DNA of 64,000 bases from Adineta vaga (taxonomy: Eukaryota; Animalia; Rotifera), in contig CP075495.1 in NCBI GenBank assembly GCA_021613535.1, forward strand, positions 496,001 through 560,000, given 5' to 3'. Of the stretch, positions 1-12,431 are shown one piece after another. Every line of letters starts with the position of its first letter. The stretch's first letter is position 1. The translations under genes were made by a program, and so were the position numbers. Below the pieces are notes generated by a model. It was not told where the DNA came from and searched no databases. It saw only the letters and a list, made by a program, of their open reading frames with translations.

Positions 1-364
1 GAAAATGTATCAATATAAATTTCATTTGTGTTTGTTACAAAAATAGTTGATGAATTTATTGTTGCTGTAAGATTTCCTTGGAAAAGAAGAATAATTTGAC
101 CATTATCTCGATTAGGAACGAATATTGTATTATTTGTATTGATAAATATATCCAAAGGATATGATCCAATAGACACATTATTGGCAATAGTTGTTCCATT
201 TGGATTCCAGGAATCATCGGAAGAGAGTTTTGGTTGATTATAAGAAACCCCTAAAGTATATCGATTTTATTTCTTGTCATTCGTAGAATTTCAAATAACT
301 TACCTTTCGTTTCTTTAATTATGAATAAAACTATTGAGAAAATCAATTCTTTATTTGCAAACAT
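1..364 (-). CDS. Secreted NHL-repeat (beta-propeller) protein, 5' part; runs off window start
   Basis: Exon 1 364..304 (MFANKELIFSIVLFIIKETK, signal-like), GT-AG intron 303..251, exon 2 GVSYNQPKLSSDDSWNPNGTTIANNVSIGSYPLDIFINTNNTIFVPNRDNGQI; the SYNQPK..W.PNGTT start is typical of bdelloid NHL proteins. Confidence 0.75.
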
Positions 365-524
365 TATGAAGAAATGAAATGCTCGCAATTTCTTCATCTT
401 TTATTTTATTTACTTTAAACATCGAATCGATTATTAAATAAATAAAAAAAAGAAGTCTGGTTTGAAATTCTACAAATTATACATGTTGGAGAATATGATT
501 TTGCAAAAAAAATGAACAAATATA

Positions 525-960
525 TGTCAGAGTTGACTCTAAAATAAATAATCGTAAACTTTTTTCAATATCATAAATAGTCTTTTATTGAGTACATTAG
601 ACAGATATAAAGCAAACTAATGGAAAACAATTTAAATCACTAGGAAATTGCAAGTGTTTGGGCAATTGTAGCACGAATCTGTGTTATTGCAAGAAAAATA
701 ATCGAAAATGCTGTACGAAATGTCACAGCGATAATCATTCAAAATGTAAAAATTGCTAGATTTTCTTTTATATTTATCAGCAATAGGTTAGAGATTTTTT
801 TGTTTACGATAGTTGTTTTTTTTTCATTAGTTTGCTTTATATCTGTCTAATGTACTCAATAAAAGACTATTTATGATATTGAAAAAAGTTAACGATTATT
901 CATTTTAGAGTCAACTAGTTGCCTTTTAAAGGCAACTGGATTTTAGAGTTAACTCTGACA
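525..960. mobile_element. Fold-back MITE with ~105-bp terminal inverted repeats in a TA context
   Basis: 525-627 (tgtcagagttgactctaaaat...agcaaactaatg) is the near-perfect reverse complement of ~820-960; both ends are flanked by TATA; the right arm carries an extra internal hairpin agttgccttttaaaggcaact. Confidence 0.85.
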
Positions 961-1020
961 TATATAAATATGTTAAGCAACACTCTCTCAGTTAGAAAAA
1001 ATTCTGGAAATGCGTGAGAT

Positions 1021-1058
1021 AACTGATTCTGGAATGTTCAACATCGCGGAATAGAATG
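1021..1058. mobile_element. Solo terminal fragment of the MITE family seen at 10081-10224
   Basis: aactgattctggaatgttcaacatcgcggaatagaatg matches the TIR of the 10081-10224 element. Confidence 0.6.
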
Positions 1059-1240
1059 AGCGCTCGAATCGTTGATATTTTAATAATCGATTCTGTTTAG
1101 TTTTTTTCGCGATTTTTTATGTAAAGAGTTTATCGGAATTTGAGTTTGTCATAAACTCAAATTCTTCATCATCTCCATCGGGTTAAAGGTTAAAAAAGAA
1201 AGTCGTAGCCAAAGATTAAGCAAACGTTTATTTTAGGATA

Positions 1241-4200
1241 TTAATGAAGTCGTTGTTGCCATTTTTTCCATGTTTCTTTAAATGATTTGTTATATAAATC
1301 AGATGGAAGAACAAAAACAACGAAAATTAACATTGATGGAATAAATGAAATGAAATAACTTGAAATAAATAACCAAGGATATCGAGAAGTATTGATACAT
1401 CCAGATAATAATGATATAGTTAGACGAGGTAATGCTAAAATCATTAGAATAATCGGTCCAATAACTAATTGTTTATGTTCATGAAATTGTTCATAAATAT
1501 GTTGTTTAAATGTTTGTTTTGTTCGAATTATTGATCGTTGTCGAGCAGATCGAAAGATAATAAATGAAGCACAAAAAAGATTTGCTGTAAATGGAATAAG
1601 TAAACGAATAAATAAAATAATTGTATTATAATCTTGAATAAATGAAGTATAAGAAGTAATACAATATGTATAAATTTCTATTTCATCATATTCAGATTTC
1701 AATACAAATAAATCGCGATAGAAAAATTCATGACTCAATGAACCAATGATACAAATTGGTAAGATGAAAACTATCCAATAAGCAATTTGTTTACTTTTTT
1801 CTCGATTAAATTTGACTCCTTTGTAAACTGTCAATGCACGTTCAAGAGCAACACAAGCATTTAACCAAGTATCGAAATATAAGAATAATTTAAGAATTGA
1901 TTCAATAATTAAACATCCACCACGAAGAATTGAACGAGACATTGAAATATTCATTTCAGTAAATAAAACAAAGGAAAATTTCACAATAAACATATTAATT
2001 GTAAGAAATGAAGTTATCGATGATGCAAATAGATAAATTCCACAACCATTTTTTCTTAATTGTTTCTTTTTAAATATTAAAAATGAAAGAATACTATTAA
2101 TTAAACCTATAATATACATTAATATTGTAAGAATTGTATTGATTTTTATAAAAAATCTTTGTTCATTAAATGTCATATTTCGTCGAATTTCATCACGTAA
2201 AATATCATCAAGTGTAATTCCAATACTTTTTGTATAAAATTGACATTTATTTCCAATAAAACAATCAGTTGAACTTTTAACTAAAAATAATATTTAATTC
2301 AAATTTTAAATAATATAACTATCCTATTTGAAAAACCTTTCAAGTTCTACATAGATATCTTTTTGATAAAACGAAATGATATACTTACTGAATGAGACTA
2401 AAGTGATATTCATTGGACCAGATATTACAATAGTAAAATTTCCTGTTATATTTGGATATTTTGTTGTTAAAACAATGATATATGTCGAATGAGATTGAAA
2501 ATAAGGAATTAATTGAAAATCTTGATGAGAACAACGATGATAATTTTGTGAAAGTTTATTTACGAATGGATTAATTGGATCAAATTTATCTTCATAAATA
2601 TCAGCATATGTATTTATTATACTATGACTAATTAAATTATAATAAGCATTTGTATGAACATTGATTCGAATTGTTTGATAATAATAATTAGATTTTCGAC
2701 AATCTCGAGAATATGTTTGACTACTTTCAGTTAATGAAAAGAAATAATTTGTTGTAACATTTGTTGAATAAGATATTGGAACAATTGAAAGTGTATCATC
2801 TTGTGAGAGATCAATATATTCATATTTATCTTTATCAAAACAAATCTTTCTACGTACTAATTCGTTCAAAAATAGCTTCACTTTTACCATAGACAAGGAT
2901 CGAAAATGAACCTTGAACATTAGGATGAAATGTTGTTATAACTAGAATATATGTGATTGTATTCGAAAGAGAAATGTTTATTTTAAATTGATGTGCAGTA
3001 CAATTTTCATCATCTTCAGCAATTCGATTATCCGATGGATTGAAAGGATTAAAATTATTTTCATAAATCGTTCCATATAAATCAATATTACTTTGACTTG
3101 AAATTATATACGAATCTGATATATCTACATTGATTTTAATTGCTTCATAGAAATAATCAGAAGTTTCACAATTTCGAAAATATTTCGAACTATTTATTGT
3201 TAATGCTGATGAATATATTGATTGATAGATTTGTAAAGGAACTATTTGAAGAAAATATGATAGTAAATTGAAATTTTAATGTATTTATGTAGTATAAATA
3301 CTTACTACTTTGATTGAGAATAAGTTGACTTGGACCACGAATAGTAATTAAAAATTGACTTGTTAGATTTCGAGGACCGAATGTAACAATCAATTCATAT
3401 GTTTCATTCTTATGAAGATTAAATGAAAGTTTTTGTAAAGGAAAAACAATGTTGGAATTATTATTTCCAAGACGATTTTCTAAACTATTCAATGAATTGT
3501 ATCGATGACGATACATGAAAAATAATAATGATCTTTCACTTGTCCATGATAAAGTATAAGAACCTGTTATTGGTACAATAATCTTTATTCCTTCATAGAA
3601 ATAAATAGATTTTTCACAAGCATCATAATTTATTGAACTATTCGATGTCAATTTTGATGAATATATTGATTGAAAAATTGATGGATGAACTATTTAAATG
3701 TTATAAAGTAAAATGAATCGATTAAAAAGAAATTTACCGATTCGATTGAAAGAAACTTGACTAGGACCAATAGCTAAAATTGAAAATTCATTTGTCACAT
3801 TTTGATATGGTCTTTTCACAACTAATTCATAAGTTTTATTATATTCAATATGAACTACTACTATAGATTGATTAATATGACAATAATGATTAAAATCCCA
3901 AAGAAAATTCAAAGTAGGATTTGATGGATTAAAATAATCTTCATATATTGATGTAGGTGTTTGAATATTTGTATTTATTATAAAGACATAAGAGCTAAGG
4001 ATTCCTACATTAATTCTTATTGATTCATAAATAAGAGTAAAGAATTTGGGAGGTGATAAATACGTTGAACTATTTAATGTTAATGTTGATGTATAACTTG
4101 TTTCATATATTGATGGATTAATTAAATGATTGAAAATAATTTTACTCTTACCATGAGCAATGATGAAGAATGAAGCGATTGAATTTAAAGTTCTTTTTTT

Positions 4201-5551
4201 TATAACAAGTAAATATTTATCAGTGTTTTGAATGTTAACAGTGAGTTTAATCTCATTTGTATTACATTTAGATCTTTCAATATTGAGAAAACTTGAAGTA
4301 CTTATGTAAGGATTATAAAGATCTTGGAAAATATTAGCATCAATATCAATTGTGTTGAAAATTGAGAAAGTGTATCGTCCACTGATCGTTATATTCACTT
4401 GAATAATTTCATAATATTCAGCTGGTTTACATTGATGAGGTGATAAATAAAAAGAACTATTCGATGTTATTGTTGATGCGTATGTTGATTTAATGTAGAG
4501 TGAAGAATGAACTATAAAGAGAATAATTTTAGGAGATAAAAGATAATAGAAATATTTACCAAAATAGTTAAAAATGATATGATTTGGACCGAAAGCAAGA
4601 ATTGAAAATTCACCTGTGATATTTCGAGAAGTTGTTGCTACAATTAATGAATATTTCGTATTGCTTTGAAGATCAAGTGTTAATTTAAATTGAGATTAAT
4701 TACAACTATTATCATCTTTTGCTAAAATCATGTGTGAAAAAAACCGTTCATATGGATTGAAATCACCTCGATAAATATATCCATATAAATCGATATTACT
4801 CAGACTGAAAAATGTATAAGAACCAGTGATTGTTACGTTAATTCGTATGGATTCGTAATATTGTACTGATTGACATGTAGGAAATGAGTAAAAGAGACTA
4901 TTCGATGTGAATTCTGATGTATAAATGGATTCAATTAACGGTGAATGAACATCTACAAATGAAAAATAATATAGAAAAAAGACAATATAGTTTTATAAGA
5001 ATATATTTACTAATTTCATTAAAAATAACATTAATTAATCCAAAAATAAGGATAGAAAATGTTCCTGTTACATTTGGATAAAATGTTGTTACAACCAATA
5101 GATATTTTGTATTATTATTAAGATTATATCTTGTATCTTTGACAACTAAGTTACGATATGGTTCTAATGGATCGAATTTCTCTTTATAGAGATAATTCAA
5201 TATATTGATAGTACTAATACTATCAAATTTATAACAACCAATTTGTTTGATTTGTATTTCGATCACTGTATAATAATGACTCGGTTTTTGACAACCAGCA
5301 GGGAAATATTTCGAACTATTTGTTGTTAATATTGAGGAATAATTTGATTCTATAAATGTAACATTATCTATTCAATGAATAAAAAAAATATTTGAGAAAT
5401 TTTCATTCAGAAATTTTCAATAATAAATACCAATAACATCGCATAATTGATTATGTAAAAGAGCTAAAATATTCAACATAAGTCTGAATGTAAATGTAAT
5501 GATTTTACCTGATCTTTGACTGATTATAATGATGAAAATATTAAAATTCAT
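1241..5551 (-). CDS. Multi-exon rhodopsin-like 7TM GPCR with ~7 tandem extracellular ~120-aa beta-sandwich (PPC-like) repeats; one in-frame stop (possible pseudogene or sequencing error)
   Basis: ORFs 4931-5266, 3694-4398, 3190-3651 and 2324-2920 plus unlisted exons share S.YSS.LT.NS..Y...YYE.I.INV...Y...FNP..P..N...Y.LVVTT...G.FSI...GP; they are joined by GT-AG introns to exon ~2280-1241 (CFIGNKCQF...GCGIYL...ACVALER...LPRL). In-frame TAA at 4696-4698. Confidence 0.8.
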
Positions 5552-5927
5552 AATTATACTAACGTAATCATCAAACCTGTTACTAAAACGTGTTCAATCG
5601 AGAGAAATAATATTATATTTATAAACGATAACGTGACACATAGACATCTGACAAAACATATTTAAATACTGTCACACAATCCTTTCAAACGTCAATAAAT
5701 CCAGATTGTCTTATTGAATTAAATATCAACGAGAATATTCAAATCAAGAATAATACCTCGAATAATTCTATAATTAATTGAAGATTTCGAATCGAGTGTG
5801 AGTATATCTTCTTCACTCACATCTCCACCCTTATTTTCATTTCTATAAAGTCGGTTGATGAACTATATTCTTATTCGAAGTATAATAACTATATATATAC
5901 GATAGTTTTTTTTAATAAGAAAAAATA

Positions 5928-7931
5928 CTACAATTTATTTTTTACACGTTCGAGATTTTCTTTGGAATCTTGAAGATTAGGATGATTTTCAGATAATGAT
6001 TGTTGTGCAATTTTTACGGCATAATTAAAACATGAGCAAGCTGCTGAGTAATTGTTCAAGCTTTCATGTACTAAACCGATATTATTGTAGGATGATGCCA
6101 AATCTGGATGATTTGAAGGAAGTGAATGTTCTCGAATTGCAAGAGCTTTTTCATACGATGATAGAGCTTTCTTATAATCACTCATGATTCGATATACTGC
6201 GCCGATATTGTTGTAAGATGCAGCTAAATCCGGATGATTTGAAAGAAGTGATTTTTGCCGAATTGCAAGTGCTTTCTCGTAAGATGATAGAGCTTTTTTA
6301 TATTCACCCATGTTTTGATACACGACACCAATGTTACTGTAAGATGAAGCTATATCAGGATGATTTTCATCGAGCGATTGTTTACTAATTTCAAGGTCTT
6401 TTTCATAATAAAAAAGTGCTTTCTTATAATCGCCCATATTTTGATATACTACACCGAGATTATTGTAAGATGAAGCCAATCGAATATCATTAGAAGAAAG
6501 ATTTTTTTCTTCGATGTCAAGTGATTTTTTATAGAATATAATTGCCTCTTCATAGTCTCCTTGATTGTATTTGATGATTCCAAGTTGATGATAGAGTGGC
6601 GCCTTGTCACTATCGTCCGTTGTTTCAATAAGTAATGTTTCATAAATCTCTTTCGCATTGTCGTACTGACCCATTTGAATTAATACCAAACCTAATCTTT
6701 CCCATCCTTCATTGTCTGGAAAGCTTTCTTCTCGAATTCGTTCGGTAAGTGCATTTAACTCTTGGTCATTGTCGCTAGTAAGTGTTAAGCTTACTTCGTA
6801 GAGTTTGTTTGTCTTATCTATTAGTTTGAAATCATGAACACGAAATACACTATGCATAGAAAATAGCACTTCATTTTCAGATCCCACGGCACTAATATCA
6901 TCAATAGAAGCAAATGATGTTGTTGATTGACCAGGATCAATTTTCATCACAAAAAGAATGCCAACTAGATCAGGATTCTTTGTAGCTCGCAGAGCAAATT
7001 CTACTGAAACTTCACGAGTCTTGCTAGTTGACAAGAAGTTGTTGAATGACATTAATCCACCCTTTGTTTCTTTCAGCTGTTCAAAATCTTCTTTTGATAA
7101 GCCTTGACCTCGGTAAACTTTAAAAATTTCAGTAACATTTTGTTCTTTATGTAGTTGTTCAATTTGAAGATCAAGATCCTTTATAAAGAATCCCATCAAT
7201 ATTATTGTATCAGTATTCATCATTCGTAAACCATAGTTGAGCATGGAATATAAGAAACATTCACAGGTATACCACCATATGGGTGTGTTCTGGTGGTAGT
7301 AGTCGTTCAATTTTTCAACATACTTCAATTCGCGCTCATTATTAGCTAAAGGTTTGCGACAAGAATCAAGATAATTTTTAATGTGTGTTTGATCAAAAGT
7401 AATGGTTAGTAAAATTTCTTTCAAGATTTGTGTATACATGAAAGATGAATCCAATTGATTCAATTTCTTGTCAGACTTCATAAAACTCATGGACATAGCA
7501 TTTTGTTCACATTGTTGCGCTACTTGTTTGAGAGCATCACAGATTGGTGTTATCTCTGTGAAAATACCTTTAATTTTAGGCCATTCTTTTGCCCATTCTT
7601 CATGACGATGCTTATTACCACAAAAAATAAAGATCGAATCTACTTGAGACACATTGTGTGCACGAGGTACAATATGTTGCCCAAGTGAACCCGAAATAAT
7701 CATACATGCTTTACGATCTTCGATTGTTTCGAGAAATTGGATACAATGTTTTCCATCGGTATACGTTTTAACATCATTGACAACATGTCGTAATTGAGTA
7801 ATGGTGTTTTGACAATCTTTACTGCCGTTATTTATGTTGCTATCTAACCATATAAGAAGTACATTTTGAACTCTTTGAATATCAAGTCGTTGATGTCTAT
7901 GTACTTCAGTTGTCTTACTGTTACTTGCCAT
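5928..7931 (-). CDS. NAD(+):arginine-type ADP-ribosyltransferase (R-S-E) with N-terminal receiver-like domain and C-terminal TPR repeats
   Basis: Intronless 667-aa ORF; YRGQG, FLSTS and SENEVLF motifs; ~6 TPRs of the ASSYNNIG.VY..MG.Y.KAL..YEK type. Confidence 0.9.
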   Translation of the reverse strand: MASNSKTTEVHRHQRLDIQRVQNVLLIWLDSNINNGSKDCQNTITQLRHVVNDVKTYTDGKHCIQFLETIEDRKACMIISGSLGQHIVPRAHNVSQVDSIFIFCGNKHRHEEWAKEWPKIKGIFTEITPICDALKQVAQQCEQNAMSMSFMKSDKKLNQLDSSFMYTQILKEILLTITFDQTHIKNYLDSCRKPLANNERELKYVEKLNDYYHQNTPIWWYTCECFLYSMLNYGLRMMNTDTIILMGFFIKDLDLQIEQLHKEQNVTEIFKVYRGQGLSKEDFEQLKETKGGLMSFNNFLSTSKTREVSVEFALRATKNPDLVGILFVMKIDPGQSTTSFASIDDISAVGSENEVLFSMHSVFRVHDFKLIDKTNKLYEVSLTLTSDNDQELNALTERIREESFPDNEGWERLGLVLIQMGQYDNAKEIYETLLIETTDDSDKAPLYHQLGIIKYNQGDYEEAIIFYKKSLDIEEKNLSSNDIRLASSYNNLGVVYQNMGDYKKALFYYEKDLEISKQSLDENHPDIASSYSNIGVVYQNMGEYKKALSSYEKALAIRQKSLLSNHPDLAASYNNIGAVYRIMSDYKKALSSYEKALAIREHSLPSNHPDLASSYNNIGLVHESLNNYSAACSCFNYAVKIAQQSLSENHPNLQDSKENLERVKNKL

Positions 7932-8296
7932 AACTTAATTTTTTTACGATTGGTATATTTTGAGCACGGTGAATTCCAGTCACTAGAGATAATCTTTTCG
8001 TAGTTTTATAAGCCTTCATTCACTTCCTAGGTGTTTTTCTCTTTTCTTCTTTACTGTTCTTCTTAAACGTATTTTTCTTCTGTTGTTATTTTTATTATTC
8101 CTTTAAAACGTACAAGTATGAAATATAATTGTTGTTGTTAATATAAAATGAGAACAGAAGAATATTCAACGACTTATTCTTACATTTGAGAGTCGTCAGA
8201 ATTTTCGGAGAAAAAAAAAGCGTGTGGGTGAATACAAGAGATCTTCGCCCACACCCACACCACACCAATTTGACTACGATAAATTAATCGAGAAAA

Positions 8297-9321
8297 TTAT
8301 GATCGAATCGTTTGAAGAAAGCTCGTTTTGTAAGTTTTCGACGGAAATACAAATACGGCAAAGATTGAAGCAGAAGATAGTAGAGAAATGAAATAACTGA
8401 TAATAAAAATCCATGGATTCCGAGCTGATTTCATACATCCAGAAAAGAATGAAATAATAAGACGAGGTAAAGCAAATAATGTCAGAATCAAAGGACTAAT
8501 TAATAGATGTTTATGTTCTTGCAATTGTTTCCAAAGATGTTGTTTGTAAGTTTGTTTTTGTCGAGTTGTCGATCGCAAACGAGCAATTATAAAAATTAGA
8601 GCCAAAGTTGAAAAAATATTAATAAAAAATGGAACAAAAAAATGAAAAATATCCAGAATTGAATTATAAATTTGTAAAGGTAAGGGATAATTCGTTACAC
8701 ACCAAGTACGTTGTTCTTCAACATCATCAGTCAATTGACGATAAATTGGATCATGAATCGTCGTACCAATGACAAAAACTTGTACAAGAAGAATAACAAT
8801 TTTCGAAATACGATTACTTAAATTTTTATCAAAATTAATTCCTTTACTAATCGTAAAAAATCGATCAACTGATACACAAGCATGTAACCAATCTCTCATA
8901 CTCGGTAAGATTTTTATTAAAAATTCCATTAATTTACATTTAATAAGAAGAAATGAATGATTATTTACCAGCCCCATTTGTGAGAATAGAAGCAACAAGA
9001 ATTGAACTGTAAATATCGTTATATGTAAGGGACAGATAATCGATAAAGTTAATAGATAATTTCCACAACCAACTTCTCGAAGTGTTTTTGATTTAAATGT
9101 TAAAATAGATAAACAACCACTAATTAAACCAAGAACTAATATAATTAGAATAATGATCAAACAGATTTTTAACGATTTTCGTTGATAAGAAAAGGAAATA
9201 TTGGGATAAATTTGATAACTAATAATAATATCAAAAGATAAATGAAAATCTTTGCTCGTTAATTGACAATGACTACCAAAATAACATTCACTACAAACAC
9301 ATATCGATTTTCTTGGACATC
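8297..9321 (-). CDS. Rhodopsin-like GPCR, apparently 5'-truncated
   Basis: ORF 8297-9160 (GCGNYL, ACVSVDR, LPRL) continues in frame upstream as CPRKSICVCSECYFGSHCQL (EGF-like tail) up to the TGTGGG-like motif at 9322; no upstream exons visible. Confidence 0.8.
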
Positions 9322-9662
9322 TTGAGGGTGTGGGTGTGGGGTGAACACTAGCTGATCTTCTAAACCCAAACCCCGATCTATATCGACGCCGTCATAATTT
9401 AGAAGTTGAATAGTTTGAAGCTCGAGTACTCGAATTCTTACTTTAAAAGTTTAGAAGTTGAAAAAGAAGTTTAATACTCGAATCGAGTTAACGATTTTTA
9501 CGCTACTCATATTATCAGTGTCAATTTCACTCCTTTGGGAATAAAACAAGTGCTGGCCATTCACTGATTCTATATATAGAGAAAAGTATAAAAGAGTGAC
9601 AAGTCAGTTGCAGAAAACCATCTTATGGGTGTGGGTGGTATATGTGACACCCACACCCTCAA
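9322..9662. mobile_element. Element bounded by perfect 16-bp telomere-like inverted repeats
   Basis: ttgagggtgtgggtgt (9322-9337) and acacccacaccctcaa (9647-9662) are exact reverse complements. Confidence 0.6.
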
Positions 9663-10080
9663 TATTTCAAAGTTCTTTTATACAAAATACTGCGTACGTC
9701 ATAACTTTATAAAGGTTTTGTATAAAACATGATTCTAATAGACCCCCTAAAGATAAATGGTGTCCTCGCGGAAAATACCGGCAAGGAGTTTATTGAGAGA
9801 GTCACTTATTTTACAGTTGGTAAGAATGCTACACTTTCTGCAACGTAATAGAAGTCGAGTGATAATGATAAGGTTGGAAAAAAACACTTTATTCGCCTTT
9901 GTGTCACAAAATATTCATGAAGTTATCTTTTCTTTTTCACCCGTCCTTATTCGTCTACATTATAGTATATTTTGACTGTTGACAACAAATCTTTCTATAA
10001 GCATAGTCATCAATATTCATGATAGATTAGATATGTTAAACTTAGTTGCAAGTAACCTATGATCATGCATAAAGAGAGTA

Positions 10081-10224
10081 CATCCTGTTCCGCGATATTG
10101 AACATTTCGAAATCAGTTCCGCTCCCGGTAACAGTTCCTACCGATTCTTGGAATCATGGAAGTATTAATAATTCCGAAAATCCTACACGGAATTCCGGAA
10201 TGTTCGACATCGCGGAATAGGATG
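10081..10224. mobile_element. MITE with ~30-bp imperfect TIRs
   Basis: catcctgttccgcgatattgaacatttc ... ggaatgttcgacatcgcggaataggatg. Confidence 0.75.
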
Positions 10225-10368
10225 GCTGCTTTACTCATCATAAGACTGATCAGTTTGCTGAAATATGTAAAACTAGAATACAAAAGTATCTTACTGCAGA
10301 GGATGAGAAAGTAACATATAACTCTTATGATTTAGTATCGTTTTGATTTCAGCAGCTGATTCGAAACA

Positions 10369-11439
10369 ATGGCTACTTCGATATCGGCAATCAATCAATC
10401 TCCAACACGTATTCAATGGATGTGGAAGGCTGGTGCAAATCCTTTTTCAAAGACAAGATTAGAAGAGTGGAAGCCATACTCTGATGTGGAAAATATAATC
10501 ATCGAAGAAGCATATCAATCTGGTAAAAAACATGCCGTATTGGATAATTACAGCATCGATTTCAAACACAGATTACAAATACTCAATACGGATGGTAACA
10601 AGCAACGCCCAATCAAAAGAACAATGTGTAATCGAAGCGATCTTTTACGAGAAGAACGATTTACATTTACTCCCATTAATCCTGAACAACCTTTCGGTGG
10701 TCTGTATGGTTGGATTTCACCATTTATTAAAGAAGTAGTGAAGCATCTAAATATCACGCATGAGCAACTACCTTCAAAGGATGAAACAGTCGTTCCTATG
10801 GTTGTAGGAAAAGCTGCATGTGGTATTATTGAAGAAGGCAAGAAAATTGGGAAGCAACGTGAGGCCGAACAGATTGCAAACACATTGCGAGAGCAGAAAA
10901 ATGCAGGAATTCAAAAAGTATGGCAGTGTTGTGCTCATCTATATTCATTGGAAAGTTTTTTATACAAGAAACTAAACGAGACAATGCGATTAATTGGCAG
11001 CAAACAACACGAACAAGAATGGCGAGATAAAATACATACATTAGGACCATTCTGTCTGCTCCTATGGGACAATCCATCCAATTACAAAACAACCGAGCGA
11101 GGAGCAATTTTCTATCGAGGAGGTAATTTATCGCAGGAACAAATTTTGTTATTCAAAAATGACAGTTCAAAAAGTATTTATGAAAAACCAATGCGTTCTT
11201 TTCCGTCATTCACCTCATGCAGTCGAAATCGATCTAAAGCTGAAAAATTTGGAAACGTTTTGTTTATCATGACAGTAAAGCATGCTTTTACTGTGGATCT
11301 TAAACCGTTCTCCAAGTATCCTGATGAAGAAGAAGAATTACTCTCTCCTGGTGTTTGTTTTACTGTTGATCGTTTGGAAAAAATTAACAAAAAACATCTA
11401 ATCTATTTGACACTTATACAGCAATATAGCCGTAAGTAA
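10369..11439 (+). CDS. WWE-domain + ADP-ribosyltransferase (R-S-E type) protein
   Basis: N-terminal QWMW...W.PYSDVEN.IIEEAY...Y.IDF...Q...QRPIKR (WWE); C-terminal YRGG, FTSCS, DEEEELL; possible terminal intron (gtaagt at 11432). Confidence 0.85.
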   Translation: MATSISAINQSPTRIQWMWKAGANPFSKTRLEEWKPYSDVENIIIEEAYQSGKKHAVLDNYSIDFKHRLQILNTDGNKQRPIKRTMCNRSDLLREERFTFTPINPEQPFGGLYGWISPFIKEVVKHLNITHEQLPSKDETVVPMVVGKAACGIIEEGKKIGKQREAEQIANTLREQKNAGIQKVWQCCAHLYSLESFLYKKLNETMRLIGSKQHEQEWRDKIHTLGPFCLLLWDNPSNYKTTERGAIFYRGGNLSQEQILLFKNDSSKSIYEKPMRSFPSFTSCSRNRSKAEKFGNVLFIMTVKHAFTVDLKPFSKYPDEEEELLSPGVCFTVDRLEKINKKHLIYLTLIQQYSRK

Positions 11440-12137
11440 TCGACATATTATTTTCTTGCTTTTTTTATCATCTTAATCTCCATGTCTTTTCGAACAGTAT
11501 AATATCAATCAGAAATATCAAGGTTTTTATGTATTAAAAGGAGACCTTATTTATGGCATCCTTATTATGTAACGTATCCTTACCTTTTTCTCAGCAGTAT
11601 ATCAGCGGCTAAAACGCAATCATAGTGTATCATTCAACACATTATAGAGTTAAGTGGTAGGAACAGATTACTCTCCATCAAAGTGATTCACTTCACATTA
11701 AAACTCTGTGAAATAACCGTGAATACTAATGGAAGTGTCGTAGGATGCATCAACATAGTAGAACAATGTTGACGACAACACATCTATCGAATGTTTTGTT
11801 TGAGTGACTACAGATAATTATAGTCAAATCTTCTAAGGAGAATGATGCATTAAGTTAACAAGTTTTGTAATATGTGCAACGCAGCGATTTTACTGGTATA
11901 CAGTTTTATTCATCTGACTAAGTAATATTGATCTGACTGATTTACCTGTAATAGTACTTGATGTGATCAACTGTAATTGTTGTGTAATTACGGACTATTG
12001 AATTACGAAAAAATAAGTTCTAAACCCCTTCAAAATTTCGCACCTTTTTTTCTTATAATGAAGCATATTTCAAGATTCTGCAAGTAGTGGTAACGCATTC
12101 ACTGTAAGATTGACAAATGTGGAACGCGATAGATATT

Positions 12138-12431
12138 CCCAGGTGAACAAATCCGATATTGAATCCGATAGGACCCTATAGGATCCAACGTTCCTACAAA
12201 ACCCTATCGGATTCCGTCAGTAAAATTTCCGTCGGAAGCTGCATATTTTATGAGCGTTCTTTTTAGTTATATTTTATTACGGTCTTATGGCCACCTGTCG
12301 GATCCGCAACAGATAGAATCCGAAGTGATTCCGTCACCAGGAATCCGATAGGATATTGTCGGATCATCGGATTCCGATAGAATCCGGCATGGGATCCGAT
12401 CGGATCCGAGTATCGGATTGATCGACCTGGG
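12138..12431. mobile_element. MITE with CCCAGGT termini and internal ATCCGA/TCGGAT subrepeats
   Basis: cccaggtgaacaaatccgata ... tatcggattgatcgacctggg; many atccgat/atcgga subterminal repeats. Confidence 0.8.

Noticed and set aside
6449-11390. Short ORFs overlapping or antisense to the ART and GPCR genes
   Set aside because: Shadow frames of real CDSs with no motifs
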